Source of the DNA: Felis catus
Lineage: Eukaryota
Reading direction: 5' to 3'
Assembly: GCF_018350175.1 (NCBI RefSeq)
Contig: NC_058368.1
Location: forward strand, 111,416,001 to 111,480,000
DNA length: 64,000 nucleotides
Below the pieces are notes generated by a model, which made no database searches, had not been told where the DNA came from, and saw only the letters and a list, made by a program, of their open reading frames with translations. How positions within the stretch are numbered: the stretch's first letter is position 1; every line of letters starts with the position of its first letter. Shown one piece after another: positions 24,072 to 36,000 of this stretch. Position numbers and translations under genes: made by a program.

Positions 24072-25925
24072 GATGTAGCCTATCAGCCTATAAGTCTCTT
24101 ATGCTTTGGCTCTCTCCCACTCTAACCTCTTTTTTTTTTTTTTCCTTCCCCTGCCCAATGGGTTTCTGTTAAGTTTCTCAGGATCCACATAAGAGTGAAA
24201 ACATATGGTATCTGTCTTTCTCTGTATGGCTTATTTCACTGAGCATCACACTCTCCAGTTCCATCCACGTTGCTACAAAGGGCCAGATTTCATTCTTTCT
24301 CATTGCCATATAGTACTCCATTGTGTATATAAACCACAGTTTCTTTATCCATTCGTCAGTTGATGGACATTTAGGCTCTTTCCATAATTTGGCTATTGTT
24401 GAGAGTGCTGTGAAGCAACATTTTTCTACAGTTTTTTTTTTTTTTTTAATGTTTATTTTTGAGAGAGAGAGACAGAGAGCGAATGGGGGAAGGACAGAGA
24501 GAAAGAGGGAGATACAGAATCTGAAGCAAGCTCCAGGCTCTGAGCCTGATGTGGGGCTTGAACTCATGAACCACAAGATCCTGGCCTGAAGTGAAGTCAG
24601 ACACTTAACCGACTGAGCCACCCAGGCACCCCAACATTTTTCTAGGTATGTCTCTTGAGGCAAGGCATATAAACGCAAAGATAAACTATTGGGATTTCAT
24701 CAAAATAAAAAGCTGCTTCACAGTGGAGGAAACAGTCACCAAAACCAAAAGACAACCTACTAAATGGGAGAAGATATTTGCAAATGATATACCCAAAAAA
24801 GGGTTAGTATCCAAAATACATAAAGACCTTATAAATCTCAACACCCCAAAACAAATAATCCAATTAAAAAATGGGCTGGAGACATGAACATACATTTCTC
24901 CCAAGAAGACATCCAGATGGCCAACAGACATATGAAAAGATGCTCAACATCACTCGTCATCAGGAAAATACAATTCAGAACCATGATGAGATATCATCTC
25001 ATACCTATCATAATGGTTAAAATCAACAACACAAGAAACAACACATGTTGGCAAGGATATGGAGAAGGGGAAACTTTCTTGCATTGCTGGTGGGAACCAG
25101 ACTGTTGCAGTCACTGTGGAAAACAGTATGGATTTTCCTCAAAAAATTAAAAATAGAACTGCCCTATGATCCAGTAATAGCATTACTGGGTATTTGCCCA
25201 AAGAATGCAGAAACACTAATTTGAAAGGATCTTTGCTCTCCTATGTTTATTGAAGCATTATTTAAAATAGCCAAATTATAGAAGGAGTCCAGGCATCCAC
25301 TCATAAATGAATGGATGAAAAAGATGTGGTATATACACGTCTGTATATGTGTGTTGTGTGTGTATATATACACACACATATATATACACATAATACACAT
25401 ATACACACATATACACACATGTATATATACACATACGTATATATGTGTGTGTATATATGTGTATATATACACACACACACACACCCATACCCACACACAG
25501 TGGAATATTATTCAGCCATAATCTTGGCATTTACAACAACATGGATGGTACTAGGGAGTATAATGCTAAGTGAAGTAAGTCAGAGGAGATACCATATGAT
25601 TTCACTCATACATGGAATTTAAGGAACAAAATGAACAAAGGAAAAAAAAGACAAACCAAGTAGACAAACCAATTAAGCTAAATAAAAAAAAAAGTATATA
25701 TTACAGCAGAATATTATTCAGTCATAAAAAATGAGGAAATTTTACCACCTGAGGGCATTATACTAAGTGAAATAAGAAAAAGACAAATACTGTATGATCT
25801 CATTTATATGTGGAATCTGAAAAACAGAAGGACTTACAGAAAAAGAGATCAGACCTGTTATCAGAGCAGGGGAAGAGAGAATTGGAGGAAGGTGGTCAAC
25901 AGGTAACAAAACAAACAAACAAAGG
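24072..25925. mobile_element. Composite L1 block: minus-strand 3' piece (24092-24410), Can-SINE (24432-24632), plus-strand ORF2/3' piece (~24411-25920) with an internal (TA/CA)n microsatellite
   Basis: ORFs 24178..24678(-), 24648..24887(+) and 24884..25150(+) translate as L1 ORF2 remnants. tctgataggtt is duplicated at 24061 and 25926. Confidence 0.88.
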
Positions 25926-26310
25926 TCTGATAGGTTTTTTGAGGGAAGGAGCTAAGGGAGGGTTAGCTGGTGGCATAGGTCAAGGACAGGGAAAAGAGGG
26001 TACATCTTATTTGTAATGCGCGATGGGAAATGAGGGCCCTAAGTTTGGTTCAGTGAGCTGGACTGAAGATTGGAAAGGTGGGTCCTTGTGCTGTCTCCCC
26101 TGGGTTCAGTGTTGTTTCAGGTTTGGAGTATGTGAGGCAGACTCAACCTTCTTTCCTCCAACTTGCTTGTACCACCTTTGTCTCAAGCACCTAGACCTGT
26201 AACTGAAGAGTTTATCTTAGTGATTACTTAATAAGAACTCATTGACATTCACCAAGACTGTGCTCTGCTCTGGGTTCACCTGGTCTCCCCCTTGAGTTCC
26301 TGTAGGAGAT

Positions 26311-26513
26311 TTTCTTTTCTTTTCTTTTCTTTTCTTTTCTTTTCTTTCTTTTCTTTTCTTTTCTTTTCTTTTCTTTTCTTTTCTTTTCTTTTCTTTTCTT
26401 TTCTTTTCCTCTTTCCTTTTTCTCTTTCTTTCTTTCTTTCTTTCAAGTTCGTTTATTTTGAGAGAGAGAGTGACTGCACGAGTGGGATAGCGGCAGAGAG
26501 AGAGACGGAGAGG

Positions 26514-26571
<58 letters not shown>

Positions 26572-26690
26572 CCCAAGTAGGGTCCACATTGTCAGCACGG
26601 AGCTCGACTCACAAACCAAACTGTGAGATCATGAACTGAGCTGAAATCAAGAGTTGGATGCTCAACTGACTGAGTCACCCAGGTGTCCCC
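26311..26690 (-). mobile_element. Can-SINE with tail expanded into (TTTTC)n (26311-26410) and long (GA)n (~26517-26568)
   Basis: Visible simple repeats and SINEC body; TSD taggagattt. Confidence 0.92.
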
Positions 26691-26919
26691 TTTAGGAGAT
26701 TTCTAATAGCCTTTTACTTCTAGGTGCTTCCTGCTTTGATTGCTCTCCATGCTGCTTTGTTGTGACTAAATTGGTCTCTGCTCAGAAAATCCTGTTTCCT
26801 TCCTGTTATATCTTACAAGACATCATCTTCTCACAGGTTTTCAAAGCTGCTGACAGTCTGGCCCTAAACTTACCTCTCATTACTTCTCTGCCGAAGGCCT
26901 CTTTCCTCTGTTAGAGATT

Positions 26920-27600
26920 AGAACTGTAAGATACCTGAGAGGTCACCTAGTCATCCCCGTCATTGAAGAAGTGGGGAAACCGAGGTTCAGATGGAGGGAA
27001 CACGAAACAGTGGCCATGCTCCAACTGGAGCCAAGACACCCAGCATCTTGGTTCAGTTCTCTTCTACCTTTATTTAAACTGTTCTTCCCCTCCTTTGTTT
27101 CATCCCACGTATCCTACCCCAGTTTGTGCACATCTCACCGACTTCTAGAAAGTTTTTCCTGACACTTGTGCACATAGCACTCCTAAGCAATTACTATGCA
27201 CTTACTGTAGGCTAGGCACTATGCTAGACACTGGGGGTGCATTGCTGAGCAGAGCAGATGTTGTCCCCATTTTCATGGAGCATACTAGATATAGTAGTGG
27301 GGGGAGAGCATAAACAAAGCAATGAATATATAATTGCAAAGTATGGTAAGTGTCATGGAGGAAAATCCTAGTAGCTAATGCTTAATGCTTAAACCTTGGG
27401 CCAGGCACTATGTTATAAGGACACTACATGTATCCACTTAATCTTTACAAAACCCTGTGAAGTAGAGACTGTGTTCCTCATTTTACAGATGAGGAAACTG
27501 AGGTTTAGATTGAGGGACTTTCCCTAAACTCCACAGGTAGTAAGCCCTAGAATTTACGATTTGACCTCAGGCAGTCTCAAAACATTTGCTAGCATGGATG
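26920..27600 (-). mobile_element. MIR / L2 / MIR fragments
   Basis: ggaaaccgaggttcaga; L2 end tgcacttactgtaggctaggcact; cattttacagatgaggaaactgagg. Confidence 0.7.
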
Positions 27601-27818
27601 CTGCCTCTCCAAGAGAAAAGATGTGAATGAGGAAGAATAAAGGTTAAGACCTAATTAAGTTTGAGGACAGCCATCATGGAAGGTCTCTTTAAGGAAGCTG
27701 ATACATTTTCTTTCTTTTTTTTCCCCTTTGTTCATTGAGGCATTTTATTTGCACACTTGTATTATATTCCTAGGAAAAGGATCCCAGGATTTTCCCTCCT
27801 GTGTTTTCTTCTTGATTC

Positions 27819-28042
27819 TTTTTTTTTTTTTAATGTTTATTTATTTTTGACAGAGAGAGAGACAGAGCATGAGTGGGGGGAGGGGCAGAGAGAGAGGGAG
27901 ACACAGAATCTGAAGCAGGCCCCAGGCTCTGAGCTGTCAGCACAGAGCCCGACGTGGGGCTTGAACTCACAGACTGCGAGATCATGACCTGAGCCGAAGT
28001 CGGACGCTCAACTCACTGAGCCACCCAGGCGCCCCTCTTCAT

Positions 28043-28076
<34 letters not shown>

Positions 28077-28520
28077 GTTTTATTTATTTTTGAGACAGGG
28101 AGAGACAGAGCATGAACAGGGGAGGGTCAGAGAGAGGGAGACACAGAATCCGAAACAGGCTCCAGGCTCTGAGCTGTCAGCACAGAGCCTGACTCGGGGC
28201 TGGAACTCACGGACCTCGAGATCATGACCTGAGCCGAAGTCGGCCGCTTAAACCGACTGAGTCACCCAGGCGCCGCCCCCCCCCCTTCATTCTTTTAAAT
28301 TTTTTTTTTTCAATGTTTATTTATTTTGGGACAGAGAGAGACAGAGCATGAACGGGGGAGGGGCAGAGAGAGAGGGAGACACAGAATCGGAAACAGGCTC
28401 CAGGCTCTGAGCTGTCAGCACAGAGCCCGACGCGGGGCTCGAACTCACAGACCGCGAGATCGTGACCTGGCTGAAGTCGGACGCTTAACCAACTGCGCCA
28501 CCCAGGCGCCCCCCCCCCCC
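27819..28520 (-). mobile_element. Three tandem full-length Can-SINEs
   Basis: SINEC bodies at about 27819-28035, 28045-28280 and 28300-28520, each followed by cttcattctt. Confidence 0.96.
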
Positions 28521-28869
28521 TTCATTCTTAATGACCTATAATGCTGGCTGAGGTTGTCAGTATAATGAAATCAAAGAGATGGGAGCAGGTTATTCAGCCA
28601 TTTTTGTAGATCTTTGTGTTGTACATCAATTGTAGGCCTGATCACTCCTCACAAATTTGACCTGCTGGTGAGGTTCACACTTTTCCCATTGATGTAGTCA
28701 TCACTGATTTCAAATCACCAGCATAACTATCCTTCATCATCACACTGAGAAACCGAGTGATGAATTTGGACCACAGTCTTATCAGAAGGTAGCATTTGCC
28801 TCTCTTTTTGGCACTGGCACTTGAAAGCATCTGCAACAACACGCACATGCGCCATGATAGTAGTATGCA

Positions 28870-29880
28870 AAGATGGAGGGGAGAGGACTAGAGGGGCGAG
28901 TGTGAGGTATTATGGGAAGCGTGAGGGCTATTGCAAGACTTCCTTTTGGAAGTGGAAGTAGGTAGGTGGGCGAAGGATTGAGACCTTTTCTTAAAAGGGC
29001 CAGTGAGAGAACTTAGAGGATGGAGTGGAAAGGGGTGGGAAGCAAACAAGACAGGAGGAGAATAGTAAGGAGGCTGTGTATTCATCCAGGTGAGATCTCA
29101 CTGTTAAGGTGGACCCAGCAGGAGACTGTGGACTGGGGCAGTGACAGAGGGCCAGCAGAGTGCTATAGAGGTTGGAGCTGTATTTAGGAGCTTATATGAG
29201 CAGGAACCAGGGCTGCCACACACAGCTCTTCTAAAGAGAAAACCCAGGATCCTGTGACTCTGGAGGGGTGGTGTTGGGTGGTGAGGAAGAAGAGTAGGGA
29301 GTGTTAAAAATGATTTCCAGATTTAGGACCTGAGGAACTGGGTGGTCACAAGTGGCCTTAATTAAGCTGGGGAAGTGTGGAAGGGGAACGAGATGGGGGT
29401 GCTGGGATCAAGATTTCTGGTTTGAACATTGTTAATTGTGAATTGCTGGGAGACTTGAAGAAGATAGTTTTATGTCTGAGTTAGGAACTTAGAGTAAAGG
29501 TCTGGGTTGTGGGTAACTGGAGCGTCTCAGGTATGTGTGGAAAAAAGCCAGGGTAATAGATGAGACCACTTAGGCAGAAACTGTGGTGTGAGGTGAGAAG
29601 AGGGCTCAGGACTCAGTCCATTTTAGGAGTTGGAGGGAAGGGGAGGAGCTGGCAGAAAACTGAGAAAGACTTATTATTATTAGTGAAATAGGAAGAAAAT
29701 CAGATCAGTGTTGTATCACAGAATCCTAAAGAAGATGATGGTTTAAAAGGGAGAGAGGGATCAGTTCTGCTGAGATTCCCAAGTAATACAAAGGATGACC
29801 ACTGTATTAAGTGGCATGGATGTCATCCATGACCATAGTAAGGATGGCTTGGATAATATTGGGTTGCAGGCCAGCCTGGA
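28870..29880 (-). mobile_element. Degraded L2
   Basis: Purine-rich L2-like body (gatttccagatttaggacctgaggaactgggtgg; gatcaagatttctggtttgaacattgttaattgtga). Confidence 0.65.
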
Positions 29881-30872
29881 CAGGAAGGCGAGCTCATGTG
29901 CCTTATACAGATCTTTGTAGCCATAGGCGTTAGTCTCTTGTTTGTTCTTCCACTTTGATTTCAGCCCCTGGGTTATCTTGTTTGTGGTGTTCTTTCAGCC
30001 TTGTTTGGTTGTCGAATCCATGAACGGTAGAGCTAGAACAGATGAGGCAACCAGGGCTTGGGACTGAAATGGTTTTGCTCACCTTAACAAGGAACCAGTG
30101 GCAGAATTAGCATGTGACTAAGTTCACATTAGATCATGCAGCAGAGAAATGTAGCTACTCACCTTTGTCTCTCCCCATCTAAGGTAGGAGCACCTTGAGG
30201 GCAGAGACTCTGGTTGTGCTTGTGTACATTTCCCACAGTACCCAGGCCAGTGTTACCTAATTTTTTTTTTGTTTTGTTTTGTTTTTGGTTTTGTTTTTTA
30301 ACTTAGATAGATCTAGGTGTATTTGGAATACATGAGATCCGTTCATTGGGTTCACCATAGGTGATCCTAGCAGTGCCCTTAGCCCCAGAGAGTTGTATTT
30401 TTCATCTCTTTGTCTCCTACAGGTTATTACCTAAAATCCTTTCTCACCAGGGACTTTCCCCCTCCCTCATTTCCTTAGTCTTGGACACAGTTGGTTCGTA
30501 ACAGTGACTGGTGTTTTTGGCCACTAAATATTTGTGTATGCTGGGATGAACTCTGATGCCATGGTGCACTTCCCAGAAAAACAGCAAAGATTGTGTTGGT
30601 GTTCAGGTTGCACTTTTGAAGTATCAGAGAAAAAAATGGGCTACTTATGGCATCTGTAGTAAATTGCCTCCAATAATGAGAGACTGAGGTTAGCATTTAG
30701 AATTTTGGCTCCACAGATTCAGCTACCCATAACTTTGTCTTCTGTGAATCTTGGTGTCCTGAGGGCCCTTGGTAAATTCTTCCAGGCTTTCACAAAGTAT
30801 CACACTGGGAGACTGCCACAGGCCTGTTCACCTGCTATAGATTAGGCACTCATTTCTGTTTCAAGACAGTCT

Positions 30873-33084
30873 TTTTTTTTTTTTAAGAGAGTGTGCCATC
30901 GGGAAGAGGGGCAGAAGGGGAGAAAGAGAGAAAATCTCAAGCAAGCTCCATGCTCAGCACAGAGTCTGATGTGGGGCTCGATCTCATGATGCTGGGATCA
31001 TGACCTGAGCCAAAATCAAGAGTCGGACGCTCAACCAACTGAGCCCCCCAGGTGTCCCTCAAGACAATTCTTTTAATCCCAGATATGTTTTTTGTTTTGT
31101 TTTTCCCTTTTCTGTGATTACCGGTCTAGCACTTTTGGATGACTTAAAAAAAGAATAACTTGCTGGTGTTATAGGTAGGAAAGTTTAAAAATTTACTGGA
31201 TACATTTTCCAGGAATTATTTTCACAAATTTTGATGAGACGAAAAATGTTGCTTTAAGTTCAGTTTGTATAGGTAACTTTTTTTTTTTTTAACATTTATT
31301 TATCCTTTGAGAGACATCTAAAGTGATAGCGTGAGTGGGAGAGGGGCAGAGAGAGAGGGAGTCACAGATTCCAAAGCAGGTGCCCAGCTCTGAGCTGTCA
31401 GCACAGAGCCCAATTCCGGGTTTGAACTCCCAAACCGCGAGATCATGACCTGAGCCAAAGTCTGACGCTTAACCAGCTGAGCCACCCAGGTGCCCCTGAA
31501 TAGGTAGCTCTTAATGTTGCATGATTTGCCTGAAATGTAGCAACATCAGTTGTCCTTGTGAGTTTGGAGAGTCACAAAAAATTTTATGAACTAAGTAGTA
31601 TTTGTGCTTCTAGTAGGTGGTAGATGCTTTCTGTTAGAGACCTGTGAGATAATGTAGATTGTTACATTGAAGCTTTTCAGCAGCCTTGCAGAGTTAGGTG
31701 TTGTAACACAGTTTGGTCATGGTCAAAGCAGGGAAGTGAAGGAACCTGCGCAGACTTAACAGAGGAAGGAGGCCATCCTTCCAGGGCCAGGCTCCTGCCC
31801 TAAGGCCAAAGTTCTTACCTCACTTGAATCTGTTATTTCGAAGGTTTGCGGAATAATTCAAGCTGTGGATTGACTTTCTGTTTCGGAATGTTTTAGACCT
31901 TTGAATGACCATCTCTGCTGTTAAGTTCAAAATTGAGTCTCTTTCTTTGTTTAGGAAAAAAAAATGTCTATTTTGGAGGGCCTAAATGAGGCTACATGTT
32001 CTTTGCATATTTTGGAGAAAAGGGAAACCAGCTACCGTTTGGATTAAAAAATTTTTTTTTTATTTTTTATTTTTTTTATTTTTTGGGACAGAGAGAGACA
32101 GAGCATGAACGGGGGAGGGGCAGAGAGAGAGGGAGACACAGAATCGGAAACAGGCTCCAGGCTCCGAGCCATCAGCCCAGAGCCCGATGCGGGGCTCGAA
32201 CTCACGGACCGCGAGATCGTGACCTGGCTGAAGTCGGACGCTTAACCGACTGCGCCACCCAGGCGCCCCCCCCCCCCAAAAAATTTTTTTTTAAACATTT
32301 ACTCATTTTTGAGAGTGAGAGAGACAGAGTATGAGCGGGGGAGGGGCAGAGAGAGAAGGAGACACAGAATCCGAAGCAGGTCCAGGCTCTGAGCTGTCAG
32401 CACAGGGCCTGACGCAGGGTTCGAACTCACAAACTGAGATCATGACCTGAGCCAAAGTCGGATGCTCAACTGACTGAGCCACACAGGTGCGCCAACTACT
32501 GTTTGGATTTTGACCTGTAAATTGCTATATGGTTTCCTATGCCTTGCCCTGATAGCATTGATTTATAATACTTGATCATTCAGTTATTTGCCCTAAGTCG
32601 ACTACAGATTGGAAGTCAACCTCTATCTGGAGAGGGAAGTCACTTCCAGATAGGTCTGCAGAGAGCAGCTAAAAACTTTACTTGCCAACTTTACTTCTCT
32701 GTGTAGAAAAGATAAACTTGTCCTCCACTGAGAGACTCCAGCTTTCTGAGTTACCATACAGCTGTGGATACATATGTGTAGAAGAGAAGGGCAATTGTAA
32801 TTCTGAATGTCTTCGAATGTGATTCTGCTATGCAAGCTTGAGAGCAAGTCTCTTCCATTGTCTTATTTGTTTTAAACAGCAAGCTTTCAGGGGCACCTGG
32901 GTGGGTCAGTCGGTTAAGCTTCCCACACCTGATTTCAGCTCAGGTCATGATCTCATGGTGCGTGGGTTTCAGCCCCATATTAGGCTCTGTGCTGACAGCG
33001 TGGAGCCTGCTTGGGACAGTCTCACACTCTCTCTGTCTCTCTCTCCCTCTCTCTCTCTCAAAAATAAATAAACATTAAAAAAAA
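30873..33084. mobile_element. Five Can-SINEs: 30873-31058(-), 31278-31497(-), 32051-32273(-), 32284-32493(-), 32890-33084(+)
   Basis: SINEC bodies and tails; the 32051 copy is the young SINEC_Fc type. Confidence 0.92.
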
Positions 33085-36000
33085 CTTGCAAGCTTTCAAT
33101 AGAAGGATTTAGCATTTATATATTACTTGTATACCCCACAGACATCAGCCAGGCCTCTCTCACTCTTCTGGGAATGATGGCACCCTGTTATATTTGTGTG
33201 GTGTGTTTAGCTTGTTAATAAATACATTTTTTTCCCTGATTGCATATTATGTTTTATAATTTGAGCAGCAGAAAAAGTACAAAGAAGAAAAATATATCTC
33301 TAATCCGGCTCCCTACTTATAAAGCAGTGTGTGTGAATGTGTATTTTGTCAGTATGTACGTATGTATGTGTGTATATATATTTGCGGTCATATTGTAAAT
33401 GTATTTTGCTCAGTTGCTTTTTTTTCTTCATGTACAGTTTCTCTGTCAGTAAAATATTTCACTTCATGACTTTTAATGGTTGGATATATGTAGTATTCCA
33501 CTGGACAGAAAGGCCATATTTAATTTAACCAATACCTTTCTATAGTAACTAACCTGTTCACAGATGAGGCTTAGTGAGCCTACCTTTTCTAAATGATCCA
33601 TGTACCTTCTGCCAGTCGGTCACAAAAGTAGCAGGGATTCATACCAGCTTCTTCTTGTTAAAGAGACTCAGGGTCTTGATGTCCTTGGAGATCAGGCATA
33701 GATCCAGTTACTTGTTAAAAAAAAAGTAAATAGAAATCATCGCCTAGATTGAGTTGATCTACTGAAGCTAAAAAAATCAAGCCCTTTCAAGTTACTTGAG
33801 AAGGTCAGAAGGAAAATGTTATGTTTCAGGGCTTTGTAGCTACCATTCTCACAGCTTAGTGCAGTGATGTAGGGAATATTTTCGTAGAAATGTTTCTCTT
33901 TTAGAGATTTTTTTTCAGATAAAGAAGGCTTGTTTAATTCAGGAAGAGTTATTTCATAGGAAATTAAATCTTTGTAAATCCTCTATCACATTTCCACACT
34001 TGCCAGTTCTCTGGCAAATGATGGCTTTCAAATGGTTCAGAAAGGGTTTCTTAAAAGGAAACAATTCCATGTTTTCTACATATTCATCTTTTTATTTTTG
34101 AATTGGAGAGGTGAGAGAAGCTTCCATTTTCTCCTTGTATTTGTCTGTGGGTGATATTGGTGGCTTTTAAACTCAGAACGGTAATTACTTGTAGTGAGTT
34201 TTTAAAAACTTCACCTGATGAGAATGTTTTCTTGGGCATGATGAATGACTCCAAAGGACTTTAAAAACACAGCCAGTGATGTTCGCCAGGCGCTGGAGAG
34301 CTGCTGCTGCGTAGAGATCAGTAATTGTTACATCTTGGTTTGGTATGCTTGGTGGTGTCTAATCATGTTGTGTTCTTGGGAACCATGAAAGAATTTTCTT
34401 TTCAAGTCTTAGTGCATCGTTTTTCTGACATTGATCAAAGGTTGGAAAACCAGTATTATATATGTAGCTAGGGCATTCATAACTGTCTTAATTCTTAATC
34501 TTTTGGCTATTTGGTTGAAATATATCTACGCCTCTTAAATATTGAAAGCATTATATCCTTTAACCTATAGCTGCAGAGTTAAAATGAATTTTATGTGAAA
34601 TATTTAGTTGTGGACCACATCTTCAGCTTTTTATATGCCACAGTGGTCTTGTTTTTTTCCCTTCCATTGTCTGATAGTGAGGTCATTTTCAGTCCTCTGA
34701 GAAATTCTATTCCCAGCCAGATGCGGCTCATATATTAAAAGTAGCACCTGTGGCTAATATCACAGCAGCTTACCATAAATTTACATGGTAACTAGGATTA
34801 TATCTGTCAAGACTGTTAAAAAACATCTAGATTTAATTTGATTTCCAGTATTGTAGAAGCTATCCAACATTTTGCTTCATAACTATATTTTAAAAGTTAA
34901 AAATCACTCCATTGTTAAGTTTTATAGCACTCCTAGTGCCCATTAAGTTGATTTGTTCAATGGAGGTCAGAGTAAAGCAACTTGGCTACATTAAGATCGG
35001 AAACCAACCCATTTGTGACAAATTTAGTCCTTTCGTGTGAATCTTCTCAACGTCTCTGCGCTGATTGGATTCAGGTGTAGCTTATGTCAGTAGCATTTAA
35101 CCTCAAAAGAATGAGCAATGTGATTGGGTTGTTATAAATTATGGAGCATTTTGCCTTTGCTTATTCAAACGTAGATGTTGACTCTGCTGCCCATACCTCA
35201 CTGCTCCACTGAGTCTGCCTATAAATGAGTAGTTTGGTTTTAAAGACATCTTGGAAAATTGGGGTACGTGCCCTCACCCCTTTCCCTCCTTTATGTGACC
35301 CTTCCTAAACTATTTTATTCCCCATTATCCTTTGAGTCATCTCCCACATGTTATGATTTGTGCACCTGCACTTCTGAAATTATTTTGGGGTGTCATTATA
35401 TCATGTTGTTCACCAACTTTCCAGCATTTATGGATATAATAATGATTCACTGTAAATCAAAATAATTTACAAGTTACAGAGGATCTGCTCCTACAAATAA
35501 GAATTGAATGATTAATTTCTTCAGTGTCCTCCCATTTGAACGTGGGTCCTTAAAAAGAAACTGCTAACATATTTCTTTGTATTTGTGAAAACTTAACTCA
35601 CAGTCCAGAACTGAATTAAAGTTCAGTTTTCTGGATACTTAGTTTTTTGACATATAAACAAATGCCAGTTAAGAACGAAGCAACGTAATTGTAATCGCCT
35701 GAGCAGTCCTCTTCCTCCTGAGAGAGAGTTCTAAGTGTTGACACGCCGGGTAGGGCAGCACACAGTCCCTCAGTATGGGGGCCTTGACCCTGAGTTGGCA
35801 TGCCATGTTAGGTCGGAGCTCTGTGGGGAGCATTGTGCTTTGCTGGTCATCTTTCTGGAGGGATCTTTGTAAGCTTTGAGCCCGAGCCTCACCAAGGAAG
35901 TGGAGCAATAGTCAAGAATAATTACGCTGAAAAGGTTGTGTGGAGTGGAAGAAATGATTAGGAGTGAGGCTAAAATTATACGCATTGAGTGTGTTACCTG

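Noticed and set aside
25164..26639. Tyr/Val/Ile/His-rich and Lys/Glu/Phe-rich ORFs
   Set aside because: Translations of (TA/CA)n, (TTTTC)n and (GA)n microsatellites.
27810..28529. Regularly spaced short repeats superficially like a CRISPR array
   Set aside because: The 'spacers' are homologous SINEs and the repeats are TSD remnants; the context is eukaryotic with no cas genes.
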